Positions 48,817 to 58,099 of a stretch of DNA of 64,000 bases are shown here, piece after piece. The notes beneath the pieces are model-generated. The model saw nothing but the letters and a program-made list of their open reading frames with translations, was not told the origin of the DNA and did not search any database. The stretch covers positions 288,001 through 352,000 of the forward strand of contig CBDBKE010000003.1 in the NCBI GenBank assembly GCA_965206645.1, given 5' to 3'. Source of the DNA: Terriglobia bacterium (GTDB lineage: Bacteria; Acidobacteriota; Terriglobia; JAJPHL01; JAPKYU01). Made by a program: the position numbers and the translations under genes. Position 1 is the stretch's first letter. Each line of letters starts with the position of its first letter.

Positions 48817-49992
48817 ATGAGGTGCTTCTGGCGGCTACCCTCCCTGCTGTGCCTCTGCGTAGCACTGGCTGTGGCGGCTGCGGCGCAAACACCGCCCACA
48901 GAGGCGAAGCCGCCGACCACGGCGCCACCACCAGACAGCCAACAGCCGATCCCCACCTTCGTCGGTGGAGTGACCGAAGTGATGGCCCCGGTCACCGTCA
49001 CCGATGAGTATGGCGAATTCGTACTGACCCTGAGGCCGGAGGACTTTCTGCTGTACGACAACACGATTCGCCAGCAGATCAAAGTGCAGTTGACCGAGAT
49101 GCCGCTTTCAGTCGCCATCCTGCTTAGCGTCAGCTCCCGCGTGGAACCTTTGCTTCCTCAGGTGAAGAAGGCGGCACCGCTGTTCACCAATCTGCTGCTC
49201 GGAGAAAATGACGAGGCCGCCCTGATTAGGTTTGATCACCGGGTGGAGGTGGTTCAGAACTTTACTCGCGACCCGGAACGAGTGGAGAAAGTGTTCAAGG
49301 ATCTGAAGCCGGGCAGCGGGCAGTCGCGGCTGACCGATGCGATGGTTCGTGCCCTGTCCATGCTCAGCACTCGTCCCCGGGGACGGCGCAAAGTGGTTCT
49401 GGCTATTGCGGAAAGCCGCGACATGGGCAGTGAGGCAAACTTAGGGTTCGTGATGCGGGAGGCACAACGGGCCAATATCTCCATTTATGCTGTGGGACTC
49501 AGCACGGTCCGCGCCCAATTGACCCGGAAACCACCCCCACCTCCTCCCTCGCGCTTCCCGCCAGGGGCCACCGGCACCATTCCCGGAATCCCGCCGACGC
49601 CCTCCATGGAACTGGCGACCGGCTCCACCGTCAACATTGGCAACCTGCTGGTGGAAGCCTTCCATGGCGTGAAGAACATCTTCTGGGATCACCCGTTGGA
49701 AGCATTTGCCAAATCCACTGGCGCGGTGCTCCTGGACGGGTTCTCCAGTCGTGCGGTGGAGCGAGCGGTGAGCGAGATTTCTCGAGAACTGCGCAGCCAG
49801 TACCTGATTACCTACCGCCCGAACAATCTCAACCAGGCCGGCTTTCACCGCATCAGGGTGGTCGTGGATCGGCCTGAAGTTAAGGTGCGCACTCGCCCGG
49901 GCTATTATTTTCCTGGCGGCAGCCTTCCCGCAGCACCTCCAGCCAAGACTTCCGCGCAGTTTAGCCCGCAGCTTGTGGCCTGTGGTTCGTAG
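48817..49992 (+). CDS. Acidobacterial-type VWA domain protein
   Basis: Signal peptide, PVTVTD, TGA and ELRSQY.I.Y.P...RTRPGYY. Confidence 0.85.
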   Translation: MRCFWRLPSLLCLCVALAVAAAAQTPPTEAKPPTTAPPPDSQQPIPTFVGGVTEVMAPVTVTDEYGEFVLTLRPEDFLLYDNTIRQQIKVQLTEMPLSVAILLSVSSRVEPLLPQVKKAAPLFTNLLLGENDEAALIRFDHRVEVVQNFTRDPERVEKVFKDLKPGSGQSRLTDAMVRALSMLSTRPRGRRKVVLAIAESRDMGSEANLGFVMREAQRANISIYAVGLSTVRAQLTRKPPPPPPSRFPPGATGTIPGIPPTPSMELATGSTVNIGNLLVEAFHGVKNIFWDHPLEAFAKSTGAVLLDGFSSRAVERAVSEISRELRSQYLITYRPNNLNQAGFHRIRVVVDRPEVKVRTRPGYYFPGGSLPAAPPAKTSAQFSPQLVACGS

Positions 49993-50047
49993 CTTGCACC
50001 TCTCCTGCAGGCGTTCCGACGGGTGACTGCAAGCTATGAGCGGGCCG

Positions 50048-50809
50048 CTATCTAGCTGTCCAGCCGCCGTCAATCACGATGTCGGTGCCGGTGATGAAGC
50101 CGGAAGCCTCGGAGGCCATGTACACGACCAGGGGGCCGATGTCGCCTCCCCGGCCCCAGCGCCCCAGCGGAATCTTGCTGACAAACTCCTGGTTCTTGAC
50201 TGGGTCCTCCCGCAGCGGCTGGGTCATTTCAGTGACAAACGGGCCTGGGCTGATGCTGTTCACGGTGATGCCGTGTGGGGCTAACTCAAGAGCGAGCGCC
50301 CGCGTCATCGCCACCAATCCCCCTTTACTGGCGCAGTAGGCGGTGCGTCCAGGCATTGCGATGTGAGCCATGATGGAGGCAATGTTCAGGATGCGCCCAT
50401 AAGACTGCCGGACCATTGGCGCCAGGAAGGCTTTCGAGCAAAGCATGGGGCCGAACAGGTTCGTGGCGATGACTGACCGCCACTCCTCGAAAGGAGATTC
50501 TCCGAGCGTCTTGCGACTGACGGTCCCAGCGTTGTTAATCAGAATGTCGGCGCGGCCAAATTCGTTCAGCACGCGGGCGGCCAGCGTGTCCACAACAGCC
50601 GGGTCCGAGACGTCGGCCGCGCAGCAGAGGTGGCGCGCGCCGCCTGCTAGCTCGCCCGCTACACTTTCCAGCGCCTGGATGTCCCGGCTGACCAGCACCA
50701 CCGAGGCGTTGGCTTCGGCCAGCGCTGCAGCCATAGCTTTGCCCAGCCCGCGGCTGGCCCCGGTCACCACCGCCACCCGCCCCTTCAGAGAAGAGCTTTC
50801 AGGAGTCAT
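50048..50809 (-). CDS. SDR family oxidoreductase
   Basis: TGASRGLG, NNAG and YCASK. Confidence 0.93.
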   Translation of the reverse strand: MTPESSSLKGRVAVVTGASRGLGKAMAAALAEANASVVLVSRDIQALESVAGELAGGARHLCCAADVSDPAVVDTLAARVLNEFGRADILINNAGTVSRKTLGESPFEEWRSVIATNLFGPMLCSKAFLAPMVRQSYGRILNIASIMAHIAMPGRTAYCASKGGLVAMTRALALELAPHGITVNSISPGPFVTEMTQPLREDPVKNQEFVSKIPLGRWGRGGDIGPLVVYMASEASGFITGTDIVIDGGWTAR

Positions 50810-50970
50810 AGAGGGAACCCGACGAAGGAGGCACGCTCAGACTGCGTCCGCAATCATTCATATGCTAACGGAGCACGTGGAGGATAACTGTGGAGGACAG
50901 CTGCCCTCGCTGGTTTTCACAAAGTGGCTGCCGATTCTACGCGAATCCCTTCGTTAAGTGAACCGAACCT

Positions 50971-52533
50971 TCACTTGCGCGATCTGAAATCCGAAGTGCG
51001 CATGAGCTCATGTCGGCCCTTTTGCTTCCAGGCGCTCGTGCGCGGCCCCGAGTTCCGCTGCGAAGTATTCTCTTGCCCATTCCCCCGCCCATTTCCCCAA
51101 TTGTTGCGCCCGGCGGCATAGAGCGCGGCGCCGATCAGGGCGATGTCGGCGAGGTCCGCAGCCCTGCCTGGATCGGAGGTCGGCGCGGCCGCCTGCAGCC
51201 GGTCCAGCAGGCCAGTATCCAGCTCGCCTGCCAGAAACTCGCGATCTTCCAGCAAGCGCTTGAAGAACGGAATGGTGGTCTTGATGCCCGCGATGAAATA
51301 TTCGTCCAGGGCGCGGCGCATGCGCTGGATGGCTTCACCGCGGTCACGGCCCCAGGTGATGAGCTTGGCGATGAGCGGGTCGTACTCGACCGGCACCGTC
51401 CAGCCGGGGTAGACGCCACTATCTTCGCGAACACCCGGCCCGCCCGGAGCGACCAGCTCGGTGATCGTGCCGGGCGAAGGAAAGAACTGATTGTCGGGAT
51501 CTTCGGCGTAAATCCGGCATTCGAGCGCCGCGCCATGCCGTCCGGCCAGCACCTGTTCCTGGGTAAACGGGAGCGGCTCGCCGGCCGCGACCGCCAGTTG
51601 CAGCTTCACCAGGTCCAACCCGGTGACCATCTCGGTGACCGGGTGCTCCACCTGGAGCCGGGTGTTCATCTCAAGAAAATAAAAATTGCGATTGCGGTCC
51701 ACCAGGAATTCCACCGTGCCGGCGTTCCAGTAGTCGGCGGCACGCGCCGCCCGGACCGCCGCTTCCCCCATGCGCCTGCGCAGCGGCTTGTCCACGAGCG
51801 GGGAGGGGGACTCCTCCACCAGCTTCTGGTGGCGGCGCTGGATGGAGCACTCGCGCTCGCCCAAATAGACGAGGTTGCTGTGCAGGTCGCCCAGCACCTG
51901 AATTTCGATGTGGCGCGGCCGTTCCAGGTATTTCTCCAGGTACACTTCCGAGTCGTTGAAGGCGTTCAACGCTTCCGAGCGCGCATCGCGGAAGGCAGCG
52001 GGCAATTCGGCAGCGTCTTGAACCAGACGCATGCCCTTGCCGCCGCCGCCGCACGCAGCTTTCACCATCACCGGGTAGCCCAGCTCGGCAGCTACCGCCG
52101 CCGCCTGCTCGGTGGATTCCACGCTCGACTGGGTGCCGGGCACCACCGGGACCCCAGCGGCCTTCATCGCCTGGCGGGAGCGCGTCTTGGAGCCCATCAG
52201 CTCCATGGCCGCCGAGCTAGGGCCAACCAGCGCGATGTCGCTCGCTTCGCAAGCTCGCGCCAGCTCCGGATTCTCGGCCAGGAATCCGTAACCGGGATGG
52301 ACGGCCTCGGCGCCGGACCGCTTGGCTACCTCCAGGATGCGGTCAATTCGCAAATAGCTTTCCGAGGCCGGCGCCGGGCCGATGGGGTAGGCCTCGTCGG
52401 CGCGCAGCACGTGAAGCGACGTGCGGTCCACTTCCGAGTAGACGGCTACGGTTGCGATACCCATCTCCCGGCAGGCGCGGAGGATGCGCACCGCGATCTC
52501 GCCACGGTTGGCAATCAACACTTTCCGAAACAT
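50971..52533 (-). CDS. accC: Acyl-CoA carboxylase biotin carboxylase subunit
   Basis: MFRKVLIANRGEIA, HPGYGFLAEN, GGGGKGM and EMNTRLQVEHPVTE. Confidence 0.92.
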   Translation of the reverse strand: MFRKVLIANRGEIAVRILRACREMGIATVAVYSEVDRTSLHVLRADEAYPIGPAPASESYLRIDRILEVAKRSGAEAVHPGYGFLAENPELARACEASDIALVGPSSAAMELMGSKTRSRQAMKAAGVPVVPGTQSSVESTEQAAAVAAELGYPVMVKAACGGGGKGMRLVQDAAELPAAFRDARSEALNAFNDSEVYLEKYLERPRHIEIQVLGDLHSNLVYLGERECSIQRRHQKLVEESPSPLVDKPLRRRMGEAAVRAARAADYWNAGTVEFLVDRNRNFYFLEMNTRLQVEHPVTEMVTGLDLVKLQLAVAAGEPLPFTQEQVLAGRHGAALECRIYAEDPDNQFFPSPGTITELVAPGGPGVREDSGVYPGWTVPVEYDPLIAKLITWGRDRGEAIQRMRRALDEYFIAGIKTTIPFFKRLLEDREFLAGELDTGLLDRLQAAAPTSDPGRAADLADIALIGAALYAAGRNNWGNGRGNGQENTSQRNSGPRTSAWKQKGRHELMRTSDFRSRK

Positions 52534-52775
52534 AGAGCGTTCTGCCATTTCACCACAAAGACACAAAGACCTCTCGCAGCGCTTCTTCTGGGTAAAACTC
52601 TGTAGCCCTAACCGGCCTTTTATGGATGCATGGAACGACAAGCCAGCAACCCGGAACCATATCATACCCGCTAATAGTCGATCGGAAGCGCCGGCGGCGC
52701 CCGGGTGTCTCCTACTTCGCATGCCAGGCGATCTTTGATACCTTAGGGGCTTACGCGCATTCAGACGAATCGGGC

Positions 52776-54716
52776 ATGGCGACGATCAAGGTTACTCTCC
52801 CCGACGGCAGTGGGCAGGATTGCGAGAAGGGCACTACTCCCCTTGAGGTAGCCCGCTCGCTGGGCCCACGGCTGGCCCAGGCCGCGCTGGTGGCCCAGGT
52901 CAACGGGAATCTGGTAGAGCTGAAGCGCCCGTTGGAGCAGGATACCCGGCTTCGAATCCTGACCGAGAAAGACCCAGAGGCGCTGGAAGTCTACCGCCAT
53001 TCGAGCGCCCACCTGCTGGCCGCCGCCGTGCTGGAATTGTTCCCGGAAACTAAACTGGGCATCGGCCCGCCCACCGACACCGGGTTCTTCTACGACTTCC
53101 AACGCTCCGAGCGCTTCACTGAGCAGGACCTGGAGCGGATCGAGAAGAAGATGCAGGAGCTGGTCGAGAAGGACCTCCCCTACGACCGGTTGCTATTCCC
53201 CAAGAAAGAGGGTCTGAAGAAATTCGTAGGGATGGGCGAGCAGATGAAGTGCGAGCTGATCAGCGAGAAGGCCGAAGATGTGTTTTCCTGCTACACGTTG
53301 GGGCCGAACTTCATTGATTTCTGCCGCGGGCCGCACATTCCCTCCACCGGCAAGATCAAGGCCTTCAAGCTGCTGTCCATTGCCGGCGCCTACTGGAAGG
53401 GCAACGAGCGCAATCCGCAGATGCAGCGCATCTATGGGACCAGCTTCTACACCCGCAAGGAGCTGGAAGAGTATCTGGCCAGGCTGGAGGAGGCCCGCCG
53501 ACGAGATCACCGCAAGCTGGGGCGTGAGTTGGACCTGTTCAGCGTTCAGGAGGCGGCTGGGCCGGGGCTGATCTTCTGGCATCCCAAAGGCAGCCTGGTG
53601 CGTAAGATCATGGAAGATTGGATGCGGGACGAGTACCTGAAGCGTGGCTACGATCTGGTGTACACGCCGCACGTGGCCCGGCTGGATCTGTGGAAGAGGA
53701 GCGGGCACACCAACTTCTACGCCCAGAACATGTTCGTTCCGATGGAGCTGGAAGACGCTGAGTACCAGCTCAAGCCGATGAACTGCCCCTTCCACATCCT
53801 CATCTACCAGGATCGCCTGCGCAGTTACCGCGAGTTGCCGATCCGGTTCGGTGAGCTGGGAACGGTCTACCGCTACGAGCGCAGCGGGGTGATGCACGGC
53901 CTGCTCCGCGCCCGCGGCTTCACCCAGGACGACGCGCACATCTTCTGCACGCCAGAGCAGATCAAAGACGAGGTGGTGGGTTGCCTGGATTTCGCGCTCC
54001 ACGTGTTCCACACCTACGGCTTCGAGCGTTATCAGGTGGAGCTGTCCACCTGGGATGACGGTGCCTCGGGCAAGTACGACGGCACGTCCGAGCAGTGGCG
54101 CCTGGCGGAAACCGCCTTGCGCCAGGCGCTGGAGGAGCGTGGCATCCCCGTCCAGATCATGCACGACGAGGCTGCCTTTTACGGCCCCAAGATTGACCTC
54201 AAGCTGCTGGACGCGCTGGGCCGGCCGTGGCAGCTCAGCACCATCCAGTTTGACTTTACGCTGCCCCGCCGCTTCGGGCTCGAGTACATCGCTGAGGATG
54301 GCAAGCCGCACCAGCCGCTGATGGTCCACCGTGCCCTGTACGGGGCAGTGGAGCGCTTTTTCGGCGTGCTGCTGGAACACTACGCCGGCGCCTTCCCGCT
54401 GTGGCTGGCCCCGTTGCAGGCCGTGGTGCTGCCCATCAGTGACCGGCACCACGACTACGGCCGGCGGGTGGCGGCCCGCCTGAAGGAGGCCGGGCTGCGC
54501 GCCCGTCCCGATGAGCGGAACGAGAAGGTAACCTTCAAGATTCGGGAAGCGCAACTGCAGAAGGTCCCTTACATGCTGGTGGTGGGCGACCGCGAGGTCC
54601 GCGAGGGCAGTGTCAGCGTCCGCAACCGGCGGCACGGCGACCTGGGCAGCCGCAGCCTGGAGCAGTTCATCACCGAGACGCAGGAGCTGGTCGAGCGCAA
54701 GGTCCCCGCAGAATGA
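52776..54716 (+). CDS. thrS: Threonine--tRNA ligase
   Basis: TGS domain, RHSSAH, CRGPH, KPMNCP and AFYGPK. Confidence 0.97.
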   Translation: MATIKVTLPDGSGQDCEKGTTPLEVARSLGPRLAQAALVAQVNGNLVELKRPLEQDTRLRILTEKDPEALEVYRHSSAHLLAAAVLELFPETKLGIGPPTDTGFFYDFQRSERFTEQDLERIEKKMQELVEKDLPYDRLLFPKKEGLKKFVGMGEQMKCELISEKAEDVFSCYTLGPNFIDFCRGPHIPSTGKIKAFKLLSIAGAYWKGNERNPQMQRIYGTSFYTRKELEEYLARLEEARRRDHRKLGRELDLFSVQEAAGPGLIFWHPKGSLVRKIMEDWMRDEYLKRGYDLVYTPHVARLDLWKRSGHTNFYAQNMFVPMELEDAEYQLKPMNCPFHILIYQDRLRSYRELPIRFGELGTVYRYERSGVMHGLLRARGFTQDDAHIFCTPEQIKDEVVGCLDFALHVFHTYGFERYQVELSTWDDGASGKYDGTSEQWRLAETALRQALEERGIPVQIMHDEAAFYGPKIDLKLLDALGRPWQLSTIQFDFTLPRRFGLEYIAEDGKPHQPLMVHRALYGAVERFFGVLLEHYAGAFPLWLAPLQAVVLPISDRHHDYGRRVAARLKEAGLRARPDERNEKVTFKIREAQLQKVPYMLVVGDREVREGSVSVRNRRHGDLGSRSLEQFITETQELVERKVPAE

Positions 54717-54797
54717 AAACGCCCGCCGGATGAAAACACCGGTAAAAACACAGAAGAAAACAACTGTTTGCCCGCCCCGCCCAGCGAAGTCGCGCTG

Positions 54798-54806
54798 TGC
54801 TATACT
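54798..54806 (+). promoter_or_regulatory. Extended -10 element upstream of infC
   Basis: TGCTATACT. Confidence 0.5.
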
Positions 54807-54888
54807 CGGGGCTCCCTTGGGGACGGCCGCGGCATGCCCGGCCGGTGCAGTAATCCCTGTTCCCACGGTTTAGCAGAGGAGGATTCTT

Positions 54889-55449
54889 ATCGCCCAACAT
54901 TCGAACCGTATCAACGAGCGAATCCGTGCCCGTGAGGTGCGCGTCATTTCCGATTCCGGGGAGCAACTAGGCATCATGCCTCCCATCGAGGCAATCAAGA
55001 TTGCTCGCCAGCAGCGCCTGGATCTGGTAGAGATTTCGGCCACAGCGCAGCCGCCCGTGTGCAAGATCATGGACCACGGCAAGTTCCTCTACCAGGAGAG
55101 CAAGCGCCAGCACGAGGCTCGCAAGCGCCAGCATCATGTGGTGGTCAAGGAAGTCAAGTTCCGCCCCAACGTGGATGAGCACGATTACCAGTTCAAGAAG
55201 AATCATGTCGCGCGCTTTCTCACGGAAGGGGACAAGGTCAAGGTGGTCATCGTGTTTCGCGGCCGCGAGATCACCCACTCCAACATCGGACGGCAGGTGT
55301 TGGAGCGCTTGATTCAGGACATCTCGGGCCTGGGCATGGTCGAGAGTCGTGGGCGCATGGAAGGGCATACCATCATCGCGATTCTGGCCCCGAAAAAGCA
55401 GGCGCAGCAGTCCCGACCGCAATCCTCCGCGTCTGCCGGGCCAGGTTAA
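54889..55449 (+). CDS. infC: Translation initiation factor IF-3 (non-canonical ATC start)
   Basis: GGAGG at 54878-54882, 6 nt before an in-frame ATC; RINERIRAREVRVI and PPVCKIMD. Confidence 0.93.
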   Translation: MAQHSNRINERIRAREVRVISDSGEQLGIMPPIEAIKIARQQRLDLVEISATAQPPVCKIMDHGKFLYQESKRQHEARKRQHHVVVKEVKFRPNVDEHDYQFKKNHVARFLTEGDKVKVVIVFRGREITHSNIGRQVLERLIQDISGLGMVESRGRMEGHTIIAILAPKKQAQQSRPQSSASAGPG

Positions 55450-55574
55450 GAGTTAACAGGTTAAGAGTTAAACAGTTTGAGTGAAGAGTTATGAGTGAAG
55501 GCGGGCTCGGCACGCCATCGGGTTTCACTCATTGTTCATTGAACTCATCACCCTAACCGATTTGAGGTGTGTAG

Positions 55575-55769
55575 GTGCCGAAACTGAAATCGCATCGGGG
55601 CGCTCGTAAGCGCTTCAAGAAGACTGCAACCGGCAAGGTGATGCGGCGTCACGCCTTTGCGCGTCATATCTTGAGCAAGAAATCGCGCAAGCGGAAGCGC
55701 AAGCTGGGAACGGCAGTGGTGGTCGAGGGAGCTGAGGCCAAACGCGTGACGCGCATGCTTGGGCAGTAG
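55575..55769 (+). CDS. rpmI: 50S ribosomal protein L35
   Basis: [17 protein letters not shown]. Confidence 0.96.
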   Translation: MPKLKSHRGARKRFKKTATGKVMRRHAFARHILSKKSRKRKRKLGTAVVVEGAEAKRVTRMLGQ

Positions 55770-55790
55770 ACAGCCAAAAGGAGCAACCCA

Positions 55791-56348
55791 GTGCCCAGAG
55801 TCAAACGAGGAAGCAAGCGCCGGCAGAGGCGCAAGAAGATCCTCGAGCGGGCCTCCGGATATTTCCTCACGAAGTCCAAACTCTTCAGGGCGGCCCGGCT
55901 GCAGGTGGAAAAGGGACTGCGGTATGCGTACCGGGACCGGCGCCAGCGGAAGAGGCAGTTCCGCGCCTTGTGGATCGTCCGCATTGGAGCCGCTGCCCGC
56001 CAGCACCAGCTTACGTACAACCAGTTCATCCACGGCCTGAAGCTGGCCGAGGTGGAACTGGATCGCAAGATTCTGGCCGACCTAGCAGTTCGGGATGCTC
56101 CCGGCTTTGCCACGCTTGCCGAGCAAGCCCGCACTGCTCTGGCAGCACCGCGAAAAGCAACGCCGACTGGCGAAGCCGTGGCAGCCGAGCAAAAACCCGC
56201 GCCGGCTGGCCAAGCTCCGGCAGCCAAGCGAAAACCCACGCCGGCTGGCCAAGCTCCGGCAGCCAAGCTGAAAGCCTCGTCGGTTGGCGAAGTTCCGGCG
56301 GCCAAGCGAAAACCCGCGCCGCCTCGCAAACGCAGCACCGGGAATTAG
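55791..56348 (+). CDS. rplT: 50S ribosomal protein L20 with a repetitive C-terminal extension
   Basis: [23 protein letters not shown] and LDRKILA. Confidence 0.96.
   Translation: MPRVKRGSKRRQRRKKILERASGYFLTKSKLFRAARLQVEKGLRYAYRDRRQRKRQFRALWIVRIGAAARQHQLTYNQFIHGLKLAEVELDRKILADLAVRDAPGFATLAEQARTALAAPRKATPTGEAVAAEQKPAPAGQAPAAKRKPTPAGQAPAAKLKASSVGEVPAAKRKPAPPRKRSTGN
56153..56321 (+). repeat. 39-bp coding tandem repeat (~4.3 units) in the rplT tail
   Basis: AAAACCCGCGCCGGCTGGCCAAGCTCCGGCAGCCAAGCG-like units at 56153, 56192, 56231, 56270 and 56309. Confidence 0.85.
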
Positions 56349-56484
56349 CCGGGCATGCCGGCTTTTCCCGCGCGTCAGCTCGGCAAGGGCAAACAGCAAA
56401 TTCCTGGTCCAATTTACCATGCCGCCCGGTCGGATCTTCCATGCCCCCTGGTCTGGTTTTCTATGCCACCTGGTCTGATTTTCT

Positions 56485-57576
56485 ATGACAATTGAGGAGC
56501 AAGTTCGCCGCAAATTGGAAGAGCTAGAGGTGCGCGAGGAAGCCGAAGTCGCTCGGCTCTTCCAGAAGTTGCGCGAGCAGATGGACCCCGAACTGCGCGA
56601 CCTCGCCGCCTCGGACGATGGTGAGCAGTTTCGCGTGCGCTGGCTGGGACGCAAACGGGGCATTCTGACTGCGGCCAACGACAACTGGCTTAAGCCGGTG
56701 GTCCCGAAGCTGAAGCGCTCCGTCGGCCGGCTGCTCAACGAGCTGAAGCAGCACGCTGGGGAGGCGCTGGAAACCCGCCGCCGGGAACTGGAAGCCGCGC
56801 AGGAGGCGGCGCTCGTGGCCGCCCAGCGCCTGGACGTCACCCTGCCGGGCGTGCGCCGCACGCCTGGCGCCCGGCATCCTGTCCAGACTGCGCTGGAGGA
56901 AATCCAGGAGATTTTCCTCTCCATGGGTTACTCGGTGGAAGTGGGGCCGGAGATCGAGACCGACTACTACAACTTCGAGGCTCTGAACATCCCGCGGGAT
57001 CATCCGGCCCGCGATGCGCAGGACACGCTCTACGTCGCCGGGGACTACCTGCTGCGCACCCACACCTCCCCCGTGCAGATTCGCACCATGGAGCGCCAGC
57101 AGCCCCCGCTGCGGGTGATCGTGCCGGGCAAGGTCTATCGCCGCGATACTCCCGACGCCACCCACTCGTTCATGTTTCATCAGCTGGAAGGGCTGGCCGT
57201 GGATACCCACATCACCTTTTGCGACCTGAAAGGGACGCTCGACCACTTCTTGAAGTGCTATTTCGGCGAGCACGTGCGGACTCGCTTCCGCCCCAGCTTC
57301 TTCCCCTTCACCGAGCCCAGCGCCGAGGTGGACATCTCCTGCATTGGCTGCGACGGCCGCGGCTGCCGTCTCTGCAAGCACTCGGGCTGGATTGAGCTGC
57401 TCGGCTGCGGCATGGTGGACCCGACGCTGTATTCCTTCGTCCACTACGACGCCGAGAAATATTCCGGCTTTGCCTTTGGTATGGGAGTCGAACGGTGTGC
57501 CATGCTCCGCTATGGCATTGATGACCTGCAACTGTTCTTCCAAGGGGACTTGCGGTTCTTACGCCAGTTCCGCTGA
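56485..57576 (+). CDS. pheS: Phenylalanine--tRNA ligase alpha subunit
   Basis: HPARD.QDT, LRTHTSP, FPFTEPS and GFAFGMG. Confidence 0.97.
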   Translation: MTIEEQVRRKLEELEVREEAEVARLFQKLREQMDPELRDLAASDDGEQFRVRWLGRKRGILTAANDNWLKPVVPKLKRSVGRLLNELKQHAGEALETRRRELEAAQEAALVAAQRLDVTLPGVRRTPGARHPVQTALEEIQEIFLSMGYSVEVGPEIETDYYNFEALNIPRDHPARDAQDTLYVAGDYLLRTHTSPVQIRTMERQQPPLRVIVPGKVYRRDTPDATHSFMFHQLEGLAVDTHITFCDLKGTLDHFLKCYFGEHVRTRFRPSFFPFTEPSAEVDISCIGCDGRGCRLCKHSGWIELLGCGMVDPTLYSFVHYDAEKYSGFAFGMGVERCAMLRYGIDDLQLFFQGDLRFLRQFR

Positions 57577-57672
57577 AGACAACGATACAGGCCACTTTGC
57601 GCGGAAGAGGATGGCGACGTCATCGCCCGCCACATTGGGGATTTCTTGGACACCCTAATTAATCTCCAGCAC

Positions 57673-57816
57673 ATGGACGTTTCTTTTTGGACGCTGGTCT
57701 GTTTTGCGATCGCAATGACTTATCTCTTCTTCGCCGTTCGCGCAAATTCTAAAGAAGAGCGCCCAGGACTGGATTTCGGCGGATCGAGTACAACAACAGG
57801 AGTGGGAATTGGATAG
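57673..57816 (+). CDS. Possible 47-aa single-TM small protein
   Basis: MDVSFWTLVCFAIAMTYLFFAVRANSKEERPGLDFGG...; no clear RBS. Confidence 0.3.
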   Translation: MDVSFWTLVCFAIAMTYLFFAVRANSKEERPGLDFGGSSTTTGVGIG

Positions 57817-58099
57817 CGAACCCGCTTTCTCAACAACTATAATTCAACAATCGTGACCACTAACGTTCGACGCGCGAAATCCGCGCCATGAGGTGGTTCA
57901 TTTCAGCCTCACATTTGTCGTTCTGGGAATTGACCCCCATCGCCGGCAAGAGTGCGCTGGGCCGGTGGAGCGCAGAGAAGAGCTCAAAGAGGAGATGTAT
58001 TGCGGGTCAACAGGTGACGAAGTCCTGAGGGATTGAGCCGATGGTCGATCGGGCGCTCTGAAAACGCAATTGGGGATTCAGATTTTGGACTGATGATTC

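Noticed and set aside
52549-52605. CACCACAAAGACACAAAG REP-like half-site
   Set aside because: Degenerate, lacks a clear complementary arm and is single-copy here
51010-54866. Long antisense ORFs (531 aa and 557 aa) opposite accC and thrS
   Set aside because: Typical high-GC shadow ORFs
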